Origin: Blastocatellia bacterium
GTDB lineage: Bacteria > Acidobacteriota > Blastocatellia > UBA7656
Reading direction: 5' to 3'
Assembly (NCBI GenBank): GCA_963765495.1
Contig: CAVXWP010000007.1
Coordinates: forward strand, 768,001-832,000
DNA length: 64,000 nucleotides
This document shows positions 30,594 to 40,338 of this stretch, one piece after another. The stretch's first letter is position 1. Each line of letters opens with the position of its first letter. A program made the translations under genes and the position numbers. The notes beneath the pieces were generated by a model. The model was not told the DNA's origin. It was given only the letters and a program-made list of their open reading frames with translations, and ran no database searches.

Positions 30594-33035
30594 CTACTCA
30601 TAGCGTAGCGCGACCATAGGGTCTACGCGGGTGGCGCGGCGAGCGGGGATGTAACTTGCTAGCAGCGCCGCTATTGCGAGCAGAACGGATACGCTCGCAA
30701 AGGTAAGGAAGTCTGTAGCGCTGACTTCGTAAAGCAAATCGGAAAGCAGACGTGTAAGGGCAAATGAGGCGGCAAGACCTGCTGCGATCCCCGCGAGCGC
30801 AAGCATCAACCCCTGGCCGACTACAAGTTTCAGCACATCCGTGGTCTTTGCGCCGAGCGCCATTCGTATGCCTATTTCGTGGGTCCGCTGAGTGACCGAG
30901 TAAGACATCACACCGTAAATCCCCACAAGCGCAAGCCCCAGCGCGAGGGTTGCAAACAGCCCCAGCAGCAACGTGTTGAATCGCCTCTGCGAGATGGAAT
31001 CCGACAGGTATTGATTCATAGTCATTGCTTCATCAATAGGCTGGTCTTTATCAATGGATTGTATCTCGCTTCGCACCGCAGAAAGCATGCTCTCGGAATC
31101 CGTGTGAGTGCGTATGGCGAGCGTCAGCGAAGGTTTTGGGCGCTGGAGATAAGGGAGATATATTTCAGGCTCGGCCTTTTCATCCAGGCTCGCATGCCTG
31201 ATGTCTGAAACTACGCCGACGATTGAATACCATTGATTGGTCTTCGCGTCCCACGACACGCGTTTGCCGATAGGGTCTTCATCACGGAAAAACAGCCGCG
31301 CAAGGGATTGATTGATTATGGCTACGCCAGCCGCTTTTTCATTATCCATATCGGTGAAATCGCGCCCCTTGATAAAACTGATCCCCATTGTGGAGAAGTA
31401 ATCGGGGCTGATGGCTCGGTTGCCCGCCATCATCTTTTCGTCCGGGGGTGGCGCGGGACGCCCTTCTATATCGAACCCCGACGTAGACATCCCGCCGCTC
31501 AAGGGCAGTTCACTCGTCGCGCCGACAGCTTCTACGCCGGGCAATGCCCTGACCTTGTTTATCGCTTCCTGAAAGAAGCCCGCGATCTGATGCTTTTCCG
31601 GGTATCTGGATTCGGAGAGAGAGAGATTGAGGGTAAGAATATTGTCGGTCCTGAATCCGGGATCGACCTGTTGCAGACGGATGAAACTCCTGAGCATCAG
31701 CCCCGCGCCTACGAGCAGGAGAAGCGACAGCGCGATTTCCGTAGTCACGAGTATGCTGCGTATGCGATTGTTGCGAAGGCTTGAGGTCGCGCCCCTCGCT
31801 CCGTCCTTTAGCACTTCGGTCAGATTTGGCTTTGAAGCCTGTAGCGCAGGAACAAGGCCGAAAATCAATCCGGTGGCAACCGACACGGCGAAAGTGAAGA
31901 GCAGCACCCATCTATCAAGCCCTATTTCGTTTAACCGGGGAATATCCTGCGGGCCGATTGCGGCCAGCCCGTCAACCGCCCACATGGCCAGAAGCAATCC
32001 GAGGCCGCCGCCTGTCAGGGAAAGCAGCAGGCTTTCGGTCAGCAACTGGCGAATCAATCGGAGCCTCCCCGCGCCCAGCGCCGTGCGTATCGCGATCTCT
32101 TTATGACGGGTTGCCGCGCGGGCAAGTAACAGATTGGCTACATTCGTACAGGCAATCAGCAGCACAAATCCGACCGCGCTCAAAAGCACCATCAGGGCTG
32201 GCCGTATGTAGGCTACTGCCTGCTCGTGAAGCGGTAACAGGCGGCTTTCGATAGCGGTGTTTTCATCCGGGTATTGCTGTTCCAGACGGCTCTCGATAGC
32301 GGCCATCTCGGCTCGCGCCTCTTCCAGCGTGACCCCGGCTTTGAGACGGCCTATGGCGAAAGAAGAGTGAGAGCCGCGAGGTGTCTCGCTCAGGGCCGGC
32401 GCTATCGGAACCCAGAAATCGGATGCCTGGTTGACGGTCTTTCCGGCATAAGTAAAGACGGCTGGGAACCGAAACGATTGTGGCATGATGCCGATTATCG
32501 TGTAGCTTTCGTCATCGAGCGTAATGGGTTGGCCCAACACGTTCGGGTCGGAACCGAAGTGCCTCTGCCACATGCGGTAACTCAAGACCACCACGCGCTC
32601 TGCGCCGGGTTTGTCTTCTGCCACGCCGAAAACCCTGCCTGAAAGCGGCTGAGTCTCAAGCATGGGAAAGAGGCTTGCGGAGACGCGAGTGCCGCTTACA
32701 CGTTCAGGCTCTCCGATACCCGTGAGCGTGAAATCATCGGTCCGAAATGCCGCCAGTTCTTCAAAGACATGATTTTGGTCAACCCAGTCGGCGAAGTTGG
32801 CATAAGAGATGGGCATCTCGGGGTAGCCTCTTTGCGGGCTCTGTTCCATCACGGCTATCAGTCGGTCGGGGTTGTTGTAGGGCAAAGGGCGCAGCAGCAC
32901 CGTGTTGATAACGCTGAAGATAGCGCTGTTGGCTCCTATGCCTATAGCAAGCGCAAGCACCGCGATGACGGTGAAGCCGGGTTTTTTTAGCAGCATCCGA
33001 AAACTGTATCGAAGGTCTTTAAGTAGCGTATCCAT
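30594..33035 (-). CDS. ADOP-family duplicated orphan ABC permease
   Basis: [22 protein letters not shown]..., C-terminal [14 protein letters not shown]. Confidence 0.92.
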   Translation of the reverse strand: MDTLLKDLRYSFRMLLKKPGFTVIAVLALAIGIGANSAIFSVINTVLLRPLPYNNPDRLIAVMEQSPQRGYPEMPISYANFADWVDQNHVFEELAAFRTDDFTLTGIGEPERVSGTRVSASLFPMLETQPLSGRVFGVAEDKPGAERVVVLSYRMWQRHFGSDPNVLGQPITLDDESYTIIGIMPQSFRFPAVFTYAGKTVNQASDFWVPIAPALSETPRGSHSSFAIGRLKAGVTLEEARAEMAAIESRLEQQYPDENTAIESRLLPLHEQAVAYIRPALMVLLSAVGFVLLIACTNVANLLLARAATRHKEIAIRTALGAGRLRLIRQLLTESLLLSLTGGGLGLLLAMWAVDGLAAIGPQDIPRLNEIGLDRWVLLFTFAVSVATGLIFGLVPALQASKPNLTEVLKDGARGATSSLRNNRIRSILVTTEIALSLLLLVGAGLMLRSFIRLQQVDPGFRTDNILTLNLSLSESRYPEKHQIAGFFQEAINKVRALPGVEAVGATSELPLSGGMSTSGFDIEGRPAPPPDEKMMAGNRAISPDYFSTMGISFIKGRDFTDMDNEKAAGVAIINQSLARLFFRDEDPIGKRVSWDAKTNQWYSIVGVVSDIRHASLDEKAEPEIYLPYLQRPKPSLTLAIRTHTDSESMLSAVRSEIQSIDKDQPIDEAMTMNQYLSDSISQRRFNTLLLGLFATLALGLALVGIYGVMSYSVTQRTHEIGIRMALGAKTTDVLKLVVGQGLMLALAGIAAGLAASFALTRLLSDLLYEVSATDFLTFASVSVLLAIAALLASYIPARRATRVDPMVALRYE

Positions 33036-33100
33036 AATCTTGTTACACTCTCTTTTAGCTTTCCCCATCCCCGGGCAGGGCTATTGCTTCTAGATTTGCC

Positions 33101-33117
33101 AGCCAATTACCGTGCCA
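33101..33117 (-). promoter_or_regulatory. Sigma-54-like site upstream of ADOP permease 3
   Basis: TGGCACGGTAATTGGCT, same architecture as 22701-22717. Confidence 0.55.
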
Positions 33118-33443
33118 TAGACGCGCTTGCGCCGGGAGGTGCTGAAATTTTCTCGATTGAGCAGAGATTTAACGAGACAGGTGTGATTAACTCTAAAGAT
33201 TACAACGCATTCCAGCCGCCCAGGGAAGCGGGTGGAATTACCTGAAACTCCGAACGGGCAGGCGATTGAAGCCCCCTTATCGTTGCCCATCGGTTTTGTT
33301 GTTCGCTATTGGGAATGCCGCTTTTCAAAATCGGAGAGCGGCATGTAAAAGAGAAGCCTTGCGGTTTTTAGAATTTTCTAATCTAAATCGCAATGCACAA
33401 AATCGGTATAAATGAAATTCCAAAGTAGCGTAAGCGAAAATAG

Positions 33444-33481
33444 GCCACGGATGACGCGGATGCGACGGATCTACGCGGATC
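33444..33481. repeat. 9-mer tandem repeat (CGGAT core), single arm
   Basis: CCACGGATG-ACGCGGATG-CGACGGATC-TACGCGGATC. Confidence 0.6.
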
Positions 33482-33522
33482 TGAGAATATATGACCTAAT
33501 CCACTGTGGAGTGATTTAGCAA

Positions 33523-34548
33523 TTATTGTTTGTCGCCGCCTTTCAGATATTTGTCGTACCACTCGATTGCCATATCGGTTGATTCTTTACGTTTAATGCC
33601 GTAGATGTCGTAGTGTTTGATGCCGGGAAAGACATAGTATTTAGCCGGGACGCGATCTTTGACCCGTTCATAGACAAGTTTGCCGTTGAGATTTATATCG
33701 AGCAATTCTTCTTTCTCGGCATCCATGATCAGGATGGGGGCCGTCAGTTTGGAAGCAAACTCGACCGGACGATAGCTCAACATGCGTGAGACATAGGGCG
33801 TTCCGCGAAGGTTGGGAAACTTATCCACGCCCTGCGGCACGGGATTCAAATCGCCTTCTCCGCGAGCGCGTTCTATCGCTTCACGATGCGCTCTTTCCGC
33901 GCCTCCGGGATAGAGCGGAGATTGGCCTATGAGGCTTGAATCCATCGAGGCTACCTGACTGACGACGCACTTGACCCGGCTGTCTTGTGCGGCAACATAG
34001 AGGACGTGCCCTCCGCCGTAGCTTGACCCCCAGAGGCCGATTCGTTGAGGGTCTACGCCGGGCTCGCCTTCGATAAAGCTGATGGCATTCACAATATCTT
34101 CGGCCTGATCGAACGGGTCCACAAGCTCGCGAATTGCCTGAGCGCGAACCGTAACTTCTCCCTTTTCATCCGGTTTTGGCATCGGCCCTCTGATAACGAG
34201 GCGGCTGTCGCTGTCGCCCCATCCGCGATAATCGAAGGTCAGGACCACATAGCCGTGCGAAGCGAATTGCCGCGCATAGGCCGCGTTCAGGTGCGACCGC
34301 ACGCCGCCCCATCCGTGACATAATATGATGGCCGGCAATTTCGAACCGGGCTTCATATCCTTTGGATAAAACAGGTCGCCTGAAAGCCGGGTCCCATCGC
34401 TCCAGATATTGACCGGCTTTGTGGCGACGGTTGATAGTAAGGAATCATCTGTCGCCTGTTGCCCTTGAGCCCTCGGCGCGCCTGTTGTTAAAAGCATCGT
34501 CAGGCCGACAATAGCAGTCATCATCACGCGGCTTATATCTTTCTTCAT
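33523..34548 (-). CDS. Secreted alpha/beta hydrolase (S15/AXE1-like)
   Basis: Signal peptide; HGWGG, FDYRGWGDS, GSSYGG nucleophile motif, C-terminal His (KHYDIY). Confidence 0.85.
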   Translation of the reverse strand: MKKDISRVMMTAIVGLTMLLTTGAPRAQGQQATDDSLLSTVATKPVNIWSDGTRLSGDLFYPKDMKPGSKLPAIILCHGWGGVRSHLNAAYARQFASHGYVVLTFDYRGWGDSDSRLVIRGPMPKPDEKGEVTVRAQAIRELVDPFDQAEDIVNAISFIEGEPGVDPQRIGLWGSSYGGGHVLYVAAQDSRVKCVVSQVASMDSSLIGQSPLYPGGAERAHREAIERARGEGDLNPVPQGVDKFPNLRGTPYVSRMLSYRPVEFASKLTAPILIMDAEKEELLDINLNGKLVYERVKDRVPAKYYVFPGIKHYDIYGIKRKESTDMAIEWYDKYLKGGDKQ

Positions 34549-34645
34549 GGCTTTGCTCCTATGGTCCCTGTAAAAAACGCGGACCTGAAAGTCAGGATTA
34601 TATTGCGCACGGCGAGCAGGGAACCGGCTTCACTCAATCCTCGCT

Positions 34646-35059
34646 TTACTCAATCTTCACCTTGAGCTTATATCCGGCGTTGCCTCGCGTTCCCCCGACT
34701 ACGATCAGGTAGTCGCCCGTCGCGGGCAACTTGCCGCTCCAGCGGGTAGCGTCTTCTTCCTCGCCCGCCCCTTCGAGCGTCTCTTTGTTGCCTGGTTTGT
34801 ATATCTGAAACACCGCGTTGTCTTCAAGCGAAGTTATACTGACGGTCATTTTCTGCCCGGCCCGCGCGCCAAGCACGTACTCATCGCGGTCTCCGCGCAC
34901 TACCGCGCCTTCCACGGTTGCCGAATTGCTGCCGCGCGCGAATCGGAGCTTTTTGTGCAGTCCCTCTGCTGCGCCGCTGATAGTAGCCAGCAAAAGAACT
35001 ATCATGAGGGCTTCAAATCCTGAAATGATCTTTATATTCCTTATCATAACTGATCTCAT
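34646..35059 (-). CDS. Secreted hypothetical protein with PPC-like beta-sandwich
   Basis: FARG..SATVEG...YVLGARAGQ.M.V...W.GKLP.TGDY.I.V pattern; ATGA overlap with the upstream gene. Confidence 0.7.
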   Translation of the reverse strand: MRSVMIRNIKIISGFEALMIVLLLATISGAAEGLHKKLRFARGSNSATVEGAVVRGDRDEYVLGARAGQKMTVSITSLEDNAVFQIYKPGNKETLEGAGEEEDATRWSGKLPATGDYLIVVGGTRGNAGYKLKVKIE

Positions 35060-36192
35060 TTTCTGACCTTTTCCAGTTTGTATTCGAGCATCTTCTCCTC
35101 CTCATCAAAGAGGAAGAGAATATGTAGATCATAAGTAGAGAAGCGGTTTCGCTCGATAGACGGGATCGTCGCGTAGACCAGTCTTTGCGTGACCGGCTCC
35201 GGGCTTTCTTCCTCGCGCACTTCGCGCTCAAAATAATCCGAATGCGAGATGCCCTGCGAATCCAGAAATCTGATGACCTGTTCGACGGTTGAGCCTGTGG
35301 GAAGCTCGGTATCTATCAGTTTCTTGACCTCACTGATCTTTAATTTGTTTGGCTCCCCTTTGAGTTTTGGAATGCTGTATTTCTTCAGCCGCTTCCAGAC
35401 AAGCACCATGCTGCCGTCTTCGTATTGTCTTACGACTCGAAAGGCCACAAGGATATTCGATCCTTCAAACTGGAGCCAGGCGAGCGTATCGGGGCGGATA
35501 TAGATAAGGCCCGAAAGGGGATTTATAAAAAACTCTCGCTTATAGACGACAGACCTTAAAACGTAGGTCGAATTGAGGCGCGCAGGTTGCGCGTTTCTGT
35601 AGGCGAAATTGCCCGTTTTGAAGCCTTCGCTATTCTTTTTCTTCTGTGCAAGTGAATCAGCGAACAGGGCGGGAGGATTGAAATCGGATAGGAATTCAAC
35701 GCCGGGGCTTGTCGGCGTTACGGAGTCAAGCGGCACGTCGCCGATATTTGTGAGAATGCCAAACCCCCTACTTATAAACCCGGTCACAAATACGCCGTTA
35801 TCTAACGCTATTTCAGACCACGGGCCAAATTTCTGTGTCTTTTCGGAAAAGGAATAAAATGCCCCGCCTCCTAATAACGGCAAGATGGTATCCGGGTCTC
35901 TGTTGACCGCGACGGTTCTGGAAAATTCATACTTGCCTTTTGGCAGCAGCCGAATTATGCCGGTATTATCCTGGCGAAGGAATTCCGCGAAGGCGGCTTT
36001 ATCTTCGGGCAGAGGGGTCAGGAGTTGCTTCTGGGCCTCGGTCATCTTCTTGTCATAAAAACTCGGTCTGCGCCCGGTTTGGATGTTCGGGTTGGAGACC
36101 GACCCCGGACGTAGCTGCCCGAAGAGGAACGGAGATATAAAAAGAACCAGCGATAGCAGGGCTGCCATTTTCGTGAAAACGCATTTCGCCAT
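35056..36192 (-). CDS. Hypothetical secreted protein
   Basis: 378-aa ORF with a signal-like N-terminus, in an operon-like run. Confidence 0.7.
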   Translation of the reverse strand: MAKCVFTKMAALLSLVLFISPFLFGQLRPGSVSNPNIQTGRRPSFYDKKMTEAQKQLLTPLPEDKAAFAEFLRQDNTGIIRLLPKGKYEFSRTVAVNRDPDTILPLLGGGAFYSFSEKTQKFGPWSEIALDNGVFVTGFISRGFGILTNIGDVPLDSVTPTSPGVEFLSDFNPPALFADSLAQKKKNSEGFKTGNFAYRNAQPARLNSTYVLRSVVYKREFFINPLSGLIYIRPDTLAWLQFEGSNILVAFRVVRQYEDGSMVLVWKRLKKYSIPKLKGEPNKLKISEVKKLIDTELPTGSTVEQVIRFLDSQGISHSDYFEREVREEESPEPVTQRLVYATIPSIERNRFSTYDLHILFLFDEEEKMLEYKLEKVRK

Positions 36193-36312
36193 GATGAAAC
36201 CCTCGATTCATAAATAATAATGTGTGTTCGGGCCGGGTCAAATATCCGGCAAAGATCAGGGCAGATGAAAGCGCTCGCAGATGATAACGGAGTATCATCT
36301 GAGGGCAAAGGG

Positions 36313-37305
36313 CTAAGGTTTCTTGTTCTCCTTGATGTATTTCTGAAGTTTTTCTTTCTCGGCGTAATCAGGTTTCTTTGATAAAAACTGCTCATATTCG
36401 GCAGCGGCGCGGTCTTTCAATCCGGCAGCGTTATAAAGCGCTGCCAGTCGCAAATGGACTTCGGCCATGCCTAGCGGGTCGAGCCTTATTGCCTCGTTGA
36501 GATAGCCCACTGCTTTCGATCCCTTCTTGATCTGGAGGTAGGATTCGCCAAGCAGGTAATTGGCCTCCACCGATTTTGGTTCCTGTTTTACCGCCCGGTC
36601 CAGAATCTCGATAGCGCCTTCGTATTGCTTCTGTGACATCCGCACCTTCCCGATGTTGAGCATGGCCAGAAGAAAATCGGGCTTCTGCTCGAGGGCGCTC
36701 TGATAAGCCTTTTCCGAATCCGAATATTTCTTCTGCTTAAAATAGGCCGTACCGAGTTCTGACCATGCCTCGTAATCCTTTGCATCGGCGGCCACTATCT
36801 GCTTGAACAGAGAGATTGCCTGCGCATCATCTTTCGCGCGGCTGGCATCCTGAGCCTTAGTGTACAGGGTCTGGTTTGCCGGTGTTCGCTTGTAATATTC
36901 AACTCCGGCGGGAGCGCGATTTGCGTGCCATTCAAGAGCTATATCGCGGCGGGTGTCGGCCAGATCACGCGGAGACACTACCAGGCTCATACGCCCGATT
37001 TCGCGATTATCGGCTTCGACAGCTATATCGTACTGACCTGCTCCGAGGTTTATAAACCTGTAACGCCCGTGGTTGGTGATAGCCTGACGAGTTATGAACC
37101 GGCCGTCTTCTGTGTAGAGGATAATGTAATAAGTTTGCGGCGCGGTGTTGTCGGCCTGGCTTTCATCAATCGTCAGATCGCCGAATATTATGTGCGATCC
37201 GCCCTGCGCCCCGGTCCCAAGTGTACCGGCGTCGGCATTCTGATTCTGGCCTGCCGAGAACGCACCTGTGATCAAGCAGAGACAGAGTAGAAGTGATCGT
37301 TTCAT
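36313..37305 (-). CDS. Secreted carboxypeptidase-regulatory-like domain + TPR protein
   Basis: Signal peptide, GRYRFINLGAGQYDIAVE motif, multiple TPRs. Confidence 0.82.
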   Translation of the reverse strand: MKRSLLLCLCLITGAFSAGQNQNADAGTLGTGAQGGSHIIFGDLTIDESQADNTAPQTYYIILYTEDGRFITRQAITNHGRYRFINLGAGQYDIAVEADNREIGRMSLVVSPRDLADTRRDIALEWHANRAPAGVEYYKRTPANQTLYTKAQDASRAKDDAQAISLFKQIVAADAKDYEAWSELGTAYFKQKKYSDSEKAYQSALEQKPDFLLAMLNIGKVRMSQKQYEGAIEILDRAVKQEPKSVEANYLLGESYLQIKKGSKAVGYLNEAIRLDPLGMAEVHLRLAALYNAAGLKDRAAAEYEQFLSKKPDYAEKEKLQKYIKENKKP

Positions 37306-37407
37306 GTGGCGATATTATCATGAGTTGATCGGTCGGCAAAACTAACCGGTTTCGGTTTATCGAAACATTGAGATCAAGAGTCAGAGCCGATTATTTCCCC
37401 GGAAAAG

Positions 37408-37472
37408 AGCTTTACGTGCTTTGCGCCTTTGCATAAGTCTATTTCTCGCAAAGACGCAGGACACGCAAAGCT
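37408..37472. repeat. CTTTGCG / CGCAAAG inverted repeat element
   Basis: AGCTTTACGTGCTTTGCGCCTTTGC ... CGCAAAGACGCAGGACACGCAAAGCT. Confidence 0.6.
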
Positions 37473-37529
37473 CCTTTATAAAGCAACCGGTTGTTTCCTA
37501 CGATCTCGGCATGTCAATTTGCGAAGAAT

Positions 37530-38048
37530 TCACACCACGGTTTTCCTGTGCGCAAGCAACCTGAGTAACCCGTTGACTGCCAGATGAAGCAGCAGGTAAA
37601 CGATCAATGCTACGATGTAGGAGAGCCTTAACTGCATAGGCCCGCTCGACGGGTCGTGCACAAGACCTCGGAAAGGCGCGATCAGAGGCGAGGCAAGCAT
37701 ATCCACAAATTGCTTGAAGGCGTTTGAATCTCGGGCTCCTATAAGGTCAAGCACGATATCGAGACCTATGATTCCATAGATCAGATAAAAGAGATAATCA
37801 ATATACTGCGAAACGCGGGCCACCCCCCTGGCTCGCTCGATTTCGGTTTCGGTTTCGACCACCTCTTTTACGGCCTTATGTTTGAATCGTTCAGCAACAG
37901 CATCTGCCTGCTCTTGCTCGACAGGGTCCAGACGGTCTGCGCTGCGCACTATCTCCTGGTGCACTTCGTTACGGACTGCGCCCTTAACGGCTTCGTGCTG
38001 AGAAATTTTGCGGGCCTCGTCCACCGCCAGCTTTTCGTCTTCGATCAT
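37530..38048 (-). CDS. YggT-family membrane protein
   Basis: Two or three C-terminal TM helices with SPLIAPFRGL motif; start MIEDEK with AAGGTG SD. Confidence 0.75.
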   Translation of the reverse strand: MIEDEKLAVDEARKISQHEAVKGAVRNEVHQEIVRSADRLDPVEQEQADAVAERFKHKAVKEVVETETEIERARGVARVSQYIDYLFYLIYGIIGLDIVLDLIGARDSNAFKQFVDMLASPLIAPFRGLVHDPSSGPMQLRLSYIVALIVYLLLHLAVNGLLRLLAHRKTVV

Positions 38049-38065
38049 ATCTTCACCTTTACCCG

Positions 38066-38344
38066 TCAAGAATACCTGCTTCTTGTAAACAGGCTGATTA
38101 TGGCCACGAAAATGGCCGAGCCGATAATTGACCAGATGATTGGAAACCTCTGGCCTCCTATGTTGACCGCAAAGATTTCGGGCAATCCCAGCTTGCCGGC
38201 GAGCCATACGCCAAAGAGCGCGCCTATAAAACCCAGAGCTATTGATACGAGACAGCCTCCCCGGCTGAATCCTGCAATCGCCTGCCCGATTGCCCCGCAA
38301 ATCCCCGCTACAAACAGTAAAACTAAAAATGACAGAAGGGTCAT
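38066..38344 (-). CDS. GlsB/YeaQ/YmgE (transglycosylase-associated) membrane protein
   Basis: Gly-rich hydrophobic pattern (VAGICGAIG...GFIGALFG...SIIGSAIF); AGGAGAG SD. Confidence 0.82.
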   Translation of the reverse strand: MTLLSFLVLLFVAGICGAIGQAIAGFSRGGCLVSIALGFIGALFGVWLAGKLGLPEIFAVNIGGQRFPIIWSIIGSAIFVAIISLFTRSRYS

Positions 38345-38368
38345 TTCACTCTCTCCTTTCACCTGAAC

Positions 38369-38384
38369 TGCAAAGCAGATGCCA
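38369..38384 (-). promoter_or_regulatory. Sigma-54 promoter for the glsB-like/yggT pair
   Basis: TGGCATCTGCTTTGCA (GG-N10-GC). Confidence 0.7.
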
Positions 38385-38651
38385 TCCCTGATACCAAAAA
38401 CTTATTCTACTACTTTCAACCATTTACACGAGAGCCATCAAAAAAAATATCTAAAATCGAACAGGTTTGAATTCGTCCTTCGGCTCTTTTTCGTACAGGC
38501 GGGCAGGGTCGTTTCGCCTGTCATCAATAGGGGCAGGGACCAGAGCAATGCCGCAATATTACTTCGACATAAGCAACCTCTTTATTGCGGAGCCATGCAC
38601 CGCTTTTTCATAAGCTACTGGAAATACATATATTTACCGGGTCTGTATGTC

Positions 38652-38667
38652 TGGAACGGGCGTTGCA
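38652..38667 (+). promoter_or_regulatory. Sigma-54 promoter, divergent
   Basis: TGGAACGGGCGTTGCA (GG-N10-GC); predicted +1 near 38678. Confidence 0.65.
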
Positions 38668-38677
38668 ATCAATAGAG

Positions 38678-38850
38678 GTGAGCCGCAACCCAATCCGAAA
38701 GGTGAAAGTAGCGGCTCAATTCCAAAGACGATGAGAGTCGTTTCGGTCTAACACGCGCACCGTTCTGATAAGCGGCGTGGCGCTCAGGGGGTGGCCAAAG
38801 TCATTGCCGGGCGTCGCGTCGCGCAGAGCGGAAAATTTGAACCCCCGGAG
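38678..38850 (+). ncRNA. Candidate structured RNA / 5' leader
   Basis: TGAGCCGC/GCGGCTCA stem at the predicted +1, CC-GAAA-GG loop, AGACGAT-GAGA-GTCGTTT hairpin. Confidence 0.35.
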
Positions 38851-38856
38851 CGGATA

Positions 38857-39048
38857 TTGTTTGCGGCAATCATAGATGAGTCGGTGTGGCAATGTGGGTT
38901 GTTTGCGGTTCTGGTGATTTCATACGGGCTGGCGATTATGCTGGCGATAATTACTGTTTTGAGAAAGGACGCAAGACAGGAGAAAGTGTCAAAGCAGGCG
39001 AATACGTATCGACATCAGAGCGTTCACAACCGAGAGAGGTCGCGATAG
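38857..39048 (+). CDS. Putative small single-TM membrane protein (63 aa)
   Basis: GGAG 6 nt before TTG; hydrophobic GLFAVLVISYGLAIMLAIITVL followed by a basic tail. Confidence 0.45.
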   Translation: MFAAIIDESVWQCGLFAVLVISYGLAIMLAIITVLRKDARQEKVSKQANTYRHQSVHNRERSR

Positions 39049-39160
39049 CACCAGGTTTATTGATAGCGCCAGATTTATTTGAGAGTTGAGATTTCAAATC
39101 TAGGAGTTTCCCGGGAAGGGCCAAAAGGCGAGCGGCCCTATGGAGAGGAAACCCGGGGAT

Positions 39161-39264
39161 GAACGGCTGCGGGACGGGCAAGACCCGGACGGGCGCAAGA
39201 TGGAAGCAGAGACTCACGCGCCCAATCGGGTAGCCGAGAGACGCCTGCCCGCCCGCAGTCGTTC
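39161..39264 (+). ncRNA. Candidate rod-like structured RNA
   Basis: Nested stems 39161-39180/39246-39264, 39183-39188/39226-39231 and 39191-39196/39218-39223; G-U pairs favour the + strand. Confidence 0.4.
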
Positions 39265-39279
39265 CTATATCATCGTTTC

Positions 39280-40338
39280 CTACGGGGCCGCAGGGGCGAA
39301 ATAGCCCTTACGATGGCGCACCGTTAGGTCTTTGCGGTCCTTCACCTTTAATTGAATCGTGCGGAACGAGCCGTCGGTTGCCTCGTTTGTAGGCTGGTAA
39401 GCCAGTATGTACTGCGACCGCAAATCTTCATCTATCTGCGCGAATGCCCGGTCGAGGTCTTCTTCATTTCGCGGAAAGAAGGCCCGCCCGCCTGTCTCGG
39501 AGGCGATCTTTTTCAGATCCCCCTCATCAATCCCGTATGCGCGGTCCCCTATGCCTATGGAATAGACGATCACTTCATTTCGCCACGTGCGTTCGATGGC
39601 GTCGCGCATCTTCACCTGGCTGGAAGTGTCCTGCCCGTCGGTGATGAGGATTATCACGCGGCGTCCGGCCTCGCGTCTCAGTAAATCAGAGGCCGTCGCA
39701 TAGATCGAATCATACATTGCCGTCGAGCCTGCGCCCGAGTTGTTTATAGGCGGTGTTCCCCCTCCGCCAATCATCGCCACTGACGGGGCGCTGATTGCTA
39801 CGTCATCGAGAGCGCGATGGAGTTTTTCAACGTCTCCGGTCAGGTTCTGAACTAGCACGGATTCGTGCTCGAATGTGACCACGGCGGCTATGTCTTTGTT
39901 TGGGCGCAGCACTTTGCGAAAGAACCTCTGACCGGCAGCCTTTTCATAAGGCAGGGTATATTCCTGACTGCCGGAAATGTCTATCAACATCGCTATGGTG
40001 ATGGGCAGATCCGTCTGGCGCTCGAAGGAGAAGACCTGCTGTGGTTTGTTGTCTTCCATTATCTCGAGATCGTCTTTTGTAAGATCGTTGATATAGCGAT
40101 TCTTCTTATCGGTGACATTGAATGGAACAGTCACGAGTTGTGCGCCGAGTTTTAGAACCTGTCCGTCCTGTCCCGCATCGTCATCCTGCGCGGGATTTTC
40201 CTTGTCGGTCTTTTGTTGCCCGGTCGGGGATTTCGGTTTTTGTTGCTTTTCCTGTCCGGCGCTTGCGGTTGACACCACCTCGAGCGCCATCATGAAGATC
40301 AACACTATTGCGATTGAGTATGTCTTAATATGCTTCAT
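39280..40338 (-). CDS. Acidobacterial VWA-domain secreted protein
   Basis: LVTVPFNVTD, MIDAS DISGS...T...ITDGQD, ETGGRAF, QYILAY, RKGYFA. Confidence 0.9.
   Translation of the reverse strand: MKHIKTYSIAIVLIFMMALEVVSTASAGQEKQQKPKSPTGQQKTDKENPAQDDDAGQDGQVLKLGAQLVTVPFNVTDKKNRYINDLTKDDLEIMEDNKPQQVFSFERQTDLPITIAMLIDISGSQEYTLPYEKAAGQRFFRKVLRPNKDIAAVVTFEHESVLVQNLTGDVEKLHRALDDVAISAPSVAMIGGGGTPPINNSGAGSTAMYDSIYATASDLLRREAGRRVIILITDGQDTSSQVKMRDAIERTWRNEVIVYSIGIGDRAYGIDEGDLKKIASETGGRAFFPRNEEDLDRAFAQIDEDLRSQYILAYQPTNEATDGSFRTIQLKVKDRKDLTVRHRKGYFAPAAP

Noticed and set aside
38690-38815. c-di-GMP-I or c-di-AMP riboswitch call
   Set aside because: Only fragments match (CCGAAAGG, GGTCTAA); the conserved cores are missing. 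Kept as an unclassified candidate.
39161-39264. SRP (4.5S) or 6S RNA call
   Set aside because: Lacks the CAGG...GGAA...AGCAG domain IV arrangement; too short and no clear central bubble for 6S.
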